Shown: positions 34,774-36,658 of the stretch, piece by piece
How positions within the stretch are numbered: position 1 is the first letter of the stretch
How the letters are laid out: each line of letters begins with the position of its first letter
Source of the DNA: a candidate division FCPU426 bacterium
GTDB lineage: Bacteria > Oederibacteriota > Muellerivitia > Muellerivitales > Muellerivitaceae
NCBI GenBank assembly: GCA_003152075.1
Contig: PLZG01000022.1
Span: 40,151-76,808 of the forward strand
Length of the DNA: 36,658 bases
Reading direction: 5' to 3'
Translations under genes and position numbers: made by a program
Notes under the pieces: generated by a model
Told to the model about the DNA's origin: nothing
The model's input: only the letters and a program-made list of their open reading frames with translations
Databases searched by the model: none

Positions 34774-36658
34774 GGTTGTGTCCGATTCTGAATTTTCCAA
34801 GCAACGCTTTTGGAGGTTGATCTTAAAACCAGGACAGGAGCGGGTTCTTTCTCGCCATAGGCCTTTGAGACAAACCCATTTTCCATTTCCCAACGGCCAT
34901 CCTTGGAGGTCAATTTAACGAAAACCCCGTCCAGGTTTACCTCCACTTCATCAGGGGGATAAAGCTGAACCCGACTGCCCGGGGCCAGGTGGAAATAAAT
35001 TGATTTTTGGCCCGGGAGATCGCATTCATCTGTTCCCTCCAAACGATCCTCTTTCAAATTTAGGGTCCGCCTTACGGTTACCCCATATCCCTCATGTTCA
35101 CCGACAAAAATTTTTTGATCGAATTGGATCACCTTGGCGTTGGAACGCTCCTTCATTTGAAATAGTCCTGCCGGTCCGGGCTCCCATGCATTCTGTTCCT
35201 TCCCGTCAACAACCATGGTGTTGTGCATCGCCGTGGATCGGAATAAATTCCGTTGTTCCGGCAGGGGCGTGTAGAGGTAGGTTCCAGGGTCCACAATCAG
35301 TGAGACGCCCCCAACAGCCAACTCAAAGGAAAGCTGGTCGTTATGGGCATGCCCGCCGTTTCCATTTTGTCCCACCGGACCACAGCGGACGGTTAAATCA
35401 AACCCACTTTTTTTGAAACGGTAAAGCCCAAAGGATTCATATGCAATTCGGGCACGTGGGGCCGCACCTCTTCCGGCATGGATTTCTTCTTTTAGCGCCA
35501 GTTGAAAAACCACCTCAGCCTCGGCCTCGTAGCCAACGGCAAAATCCGTTAATTCTTTTCGATTTAATAGGCCGTTGAAAGCCGCAACCAAATGACGGTG
35601 GTCCAGGGAGTTTTCCTCCACCGGCAATAATTTGAAAAATCGACCGCTGTCATTATCCCCAATTTGAACTATCTGGCCGTTCGGTTTGGACAAATCCATC
35701 GTAAAACCTGGTATCTTTCCGAACTTGTCCCAATATCCCTCGGAAAATTTTTCATAAAAACCATCCCAACGGCCGCCCTCAATCTGCAGTCCAACCAAAA
35801 GGGTCGTCGAATAGACAACCATTTCCGCCGACAACCTGTGATAACTGGCGGAAGCCTCAAAATTAGCCCCGTCTTTTCCAAACTGGGACACTACCTCTTT
35901 ATTCAATTCCTCAAGCACGAAGGTCACCCAACGGTCCGACTCTTTTCCTTCCGGCAAATGAGCCGTGGCCCAAAGGAGACCTGCGATATCGGCCAAATAA
36001 TGATTGGATCTGAGTACCGGATCCCATTCCAAGTGGTTGAAAATATGGTCCGCGTGTTCCCTGACGCTTCGCAGAAGGACACTCTCGAAATCCGGGTCGA
36101 ATTCCGCGCCGAAGGAATGGAACAAATCATAAGCCAATGCCCAATTGGCAACCCGGATGGCCACATCCATCGTGCAGGACCAATTGACGCCGTACCGGGG
36201 CGGATTGGTGGCGATGAAATCGAGGATTTGATTCCTGAATTCCTTAAGGTAAACCGAAGGTTCAGAAAAACCATCGGCCTTCCGTAAGGCCGAACCATAG
36301 GCCCAGGCCAGGGCTGTCAGGTGCTGCATCCGGGCAAGTTCCCAGGGAACCTTCACGTCCTGTCCCGGTGTTTTTCCATAAAGGATGTCTCGGCTCAAGA
36401 CATTTTCCTTCCAACGGTGCCCGGACTTGAAATCCAACTGCCAATCAATAGGTTCGTAGTTCTGTTCGATCAGTCCCCAAATTCGCCTGGATTCAGGTAG
36501 ATTCTTGCTGTTAATCCGCGTCAGGAGCCAGCGTCCCTCCGAATCGGCTATGACCGATCCTTCCGGCTCAAAAACGATTCCTTCAAGTCCCGCGCATTTC
36601 ATCCCGTGCTTTATTTTTACCCAACCGGATCCCAATAGGTTGAATTCGTGGTCCAAAA
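34770..36658 (-). CDS. Heparinase II/III-like protein, 5' end outside the window
   Basis: KVPWELARMQH, NW.CTMDVAIR, NHYLAD, EASASYH, GDNDSGR, GHAHND.LS, DPGTYLY, RSTAMHNT. Confidence 0.88.
   Translation of the reverse strand, partial: LDHEFNLLGSGWVKIKHGMKCAGLEGIVFEPEGSVIADSEGRWLLTRINSKNLPESRRIWGLIEQNYEPIDWQLDFKSGHRWKENVLSRDILYGKTPGQDVKVPWELARMQHLTALAWAYGSALRKADGFSEPSVYLKEFRNQILDFIATNPPRYGVNWSCTMDVAIRVANWALAYDLFHSFGAEFDPDFESVLLRSVREHADHIFNHLEWDPVLRSNHYLADIAGLLWATAHLPEGKESDRWVTFVLEELNKEVVSQFGKDGANFEASASYHRLSAEMVVYSTTLLVGLQIEGGRWDGFYEKFSEGYWDKFGKIPGFTMDLSKPNGQIVQIGDNDSGRFFKLLPVEENSLDHRHLVAAFNGLLNRKELTDFAVGYEAEAEVVFQLALKEEIHAGRGAAPRARIAYESFGLYRFKKSGFDLTVRCGPVGQNGNGGHAHNDQLSFELAVGGVSLIVDPGTYLYTPLPEQRNLFRSTAMHNTMVVDGKEQNAWEPGPAGLFQMKERSNAKVIQFDQKIFVGEHEGYGVTVRRTLNLKEDRLEGTDECDLPGQKSIYFHLAPGSRVQLYPPDEVEVNLDGVFVKLTSKDGRWEMENGFVSKAYGEKEPAPVLVLRSTSKSVAWKIQNRTQP

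Overview
Bacterial chromosomal segment (about 50-55% GC by spot count; lipoproteins and a GT9 suggest a diderm; taxon not assignable from sequence alone). Almost all genes are on the minus strand. The left half is housekeeping plus accessory genes: ybeY (partial), phoH, a LysM lipoprotein, GH36 alpha-galactosidase, a low-GC NHL protein, an RHH/PIN (VapBC-type) toxin-antitoxin pair, aspS, hisS, an LpoA-like TPR lipoprotein, GH5, dut, a BshC-like orphan next to a GT2, a TPR protein, PGM/PMM, a secreted clan GH-A hydrolase and a Rieske ferredoxin. The right half is a surface-polysaccharide locus (NDP-sugar pyrophosphorylase, epimerase, WcaJ-type initiating transferase, GT2/GT4/GT9s, Wzy/WaaL-like protein, methyltransferase, heparinase II/III-like protein). 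I found no integrase, transposase, tRNA, rRNA or CRISPR array. Best leads: (1) the TA module sits between the current aspS 3' end and an orphan, synonymously diverged copy of the last 29 aspS codons, implying integrase-free insertion that replaced the tail of an essential gene; (2) a 536-aa HIGH-like/BshC-like protein paired with an inverting GT2, a candidate uncharacterised sugar-amino acid (possibly thiol) conjugate pathway; (3) an LpoA-like lipoprotein with an apparent CsgG/LpoB-like domain inserted; (4) several different families of intergenic palindromic and heptamer repeats.
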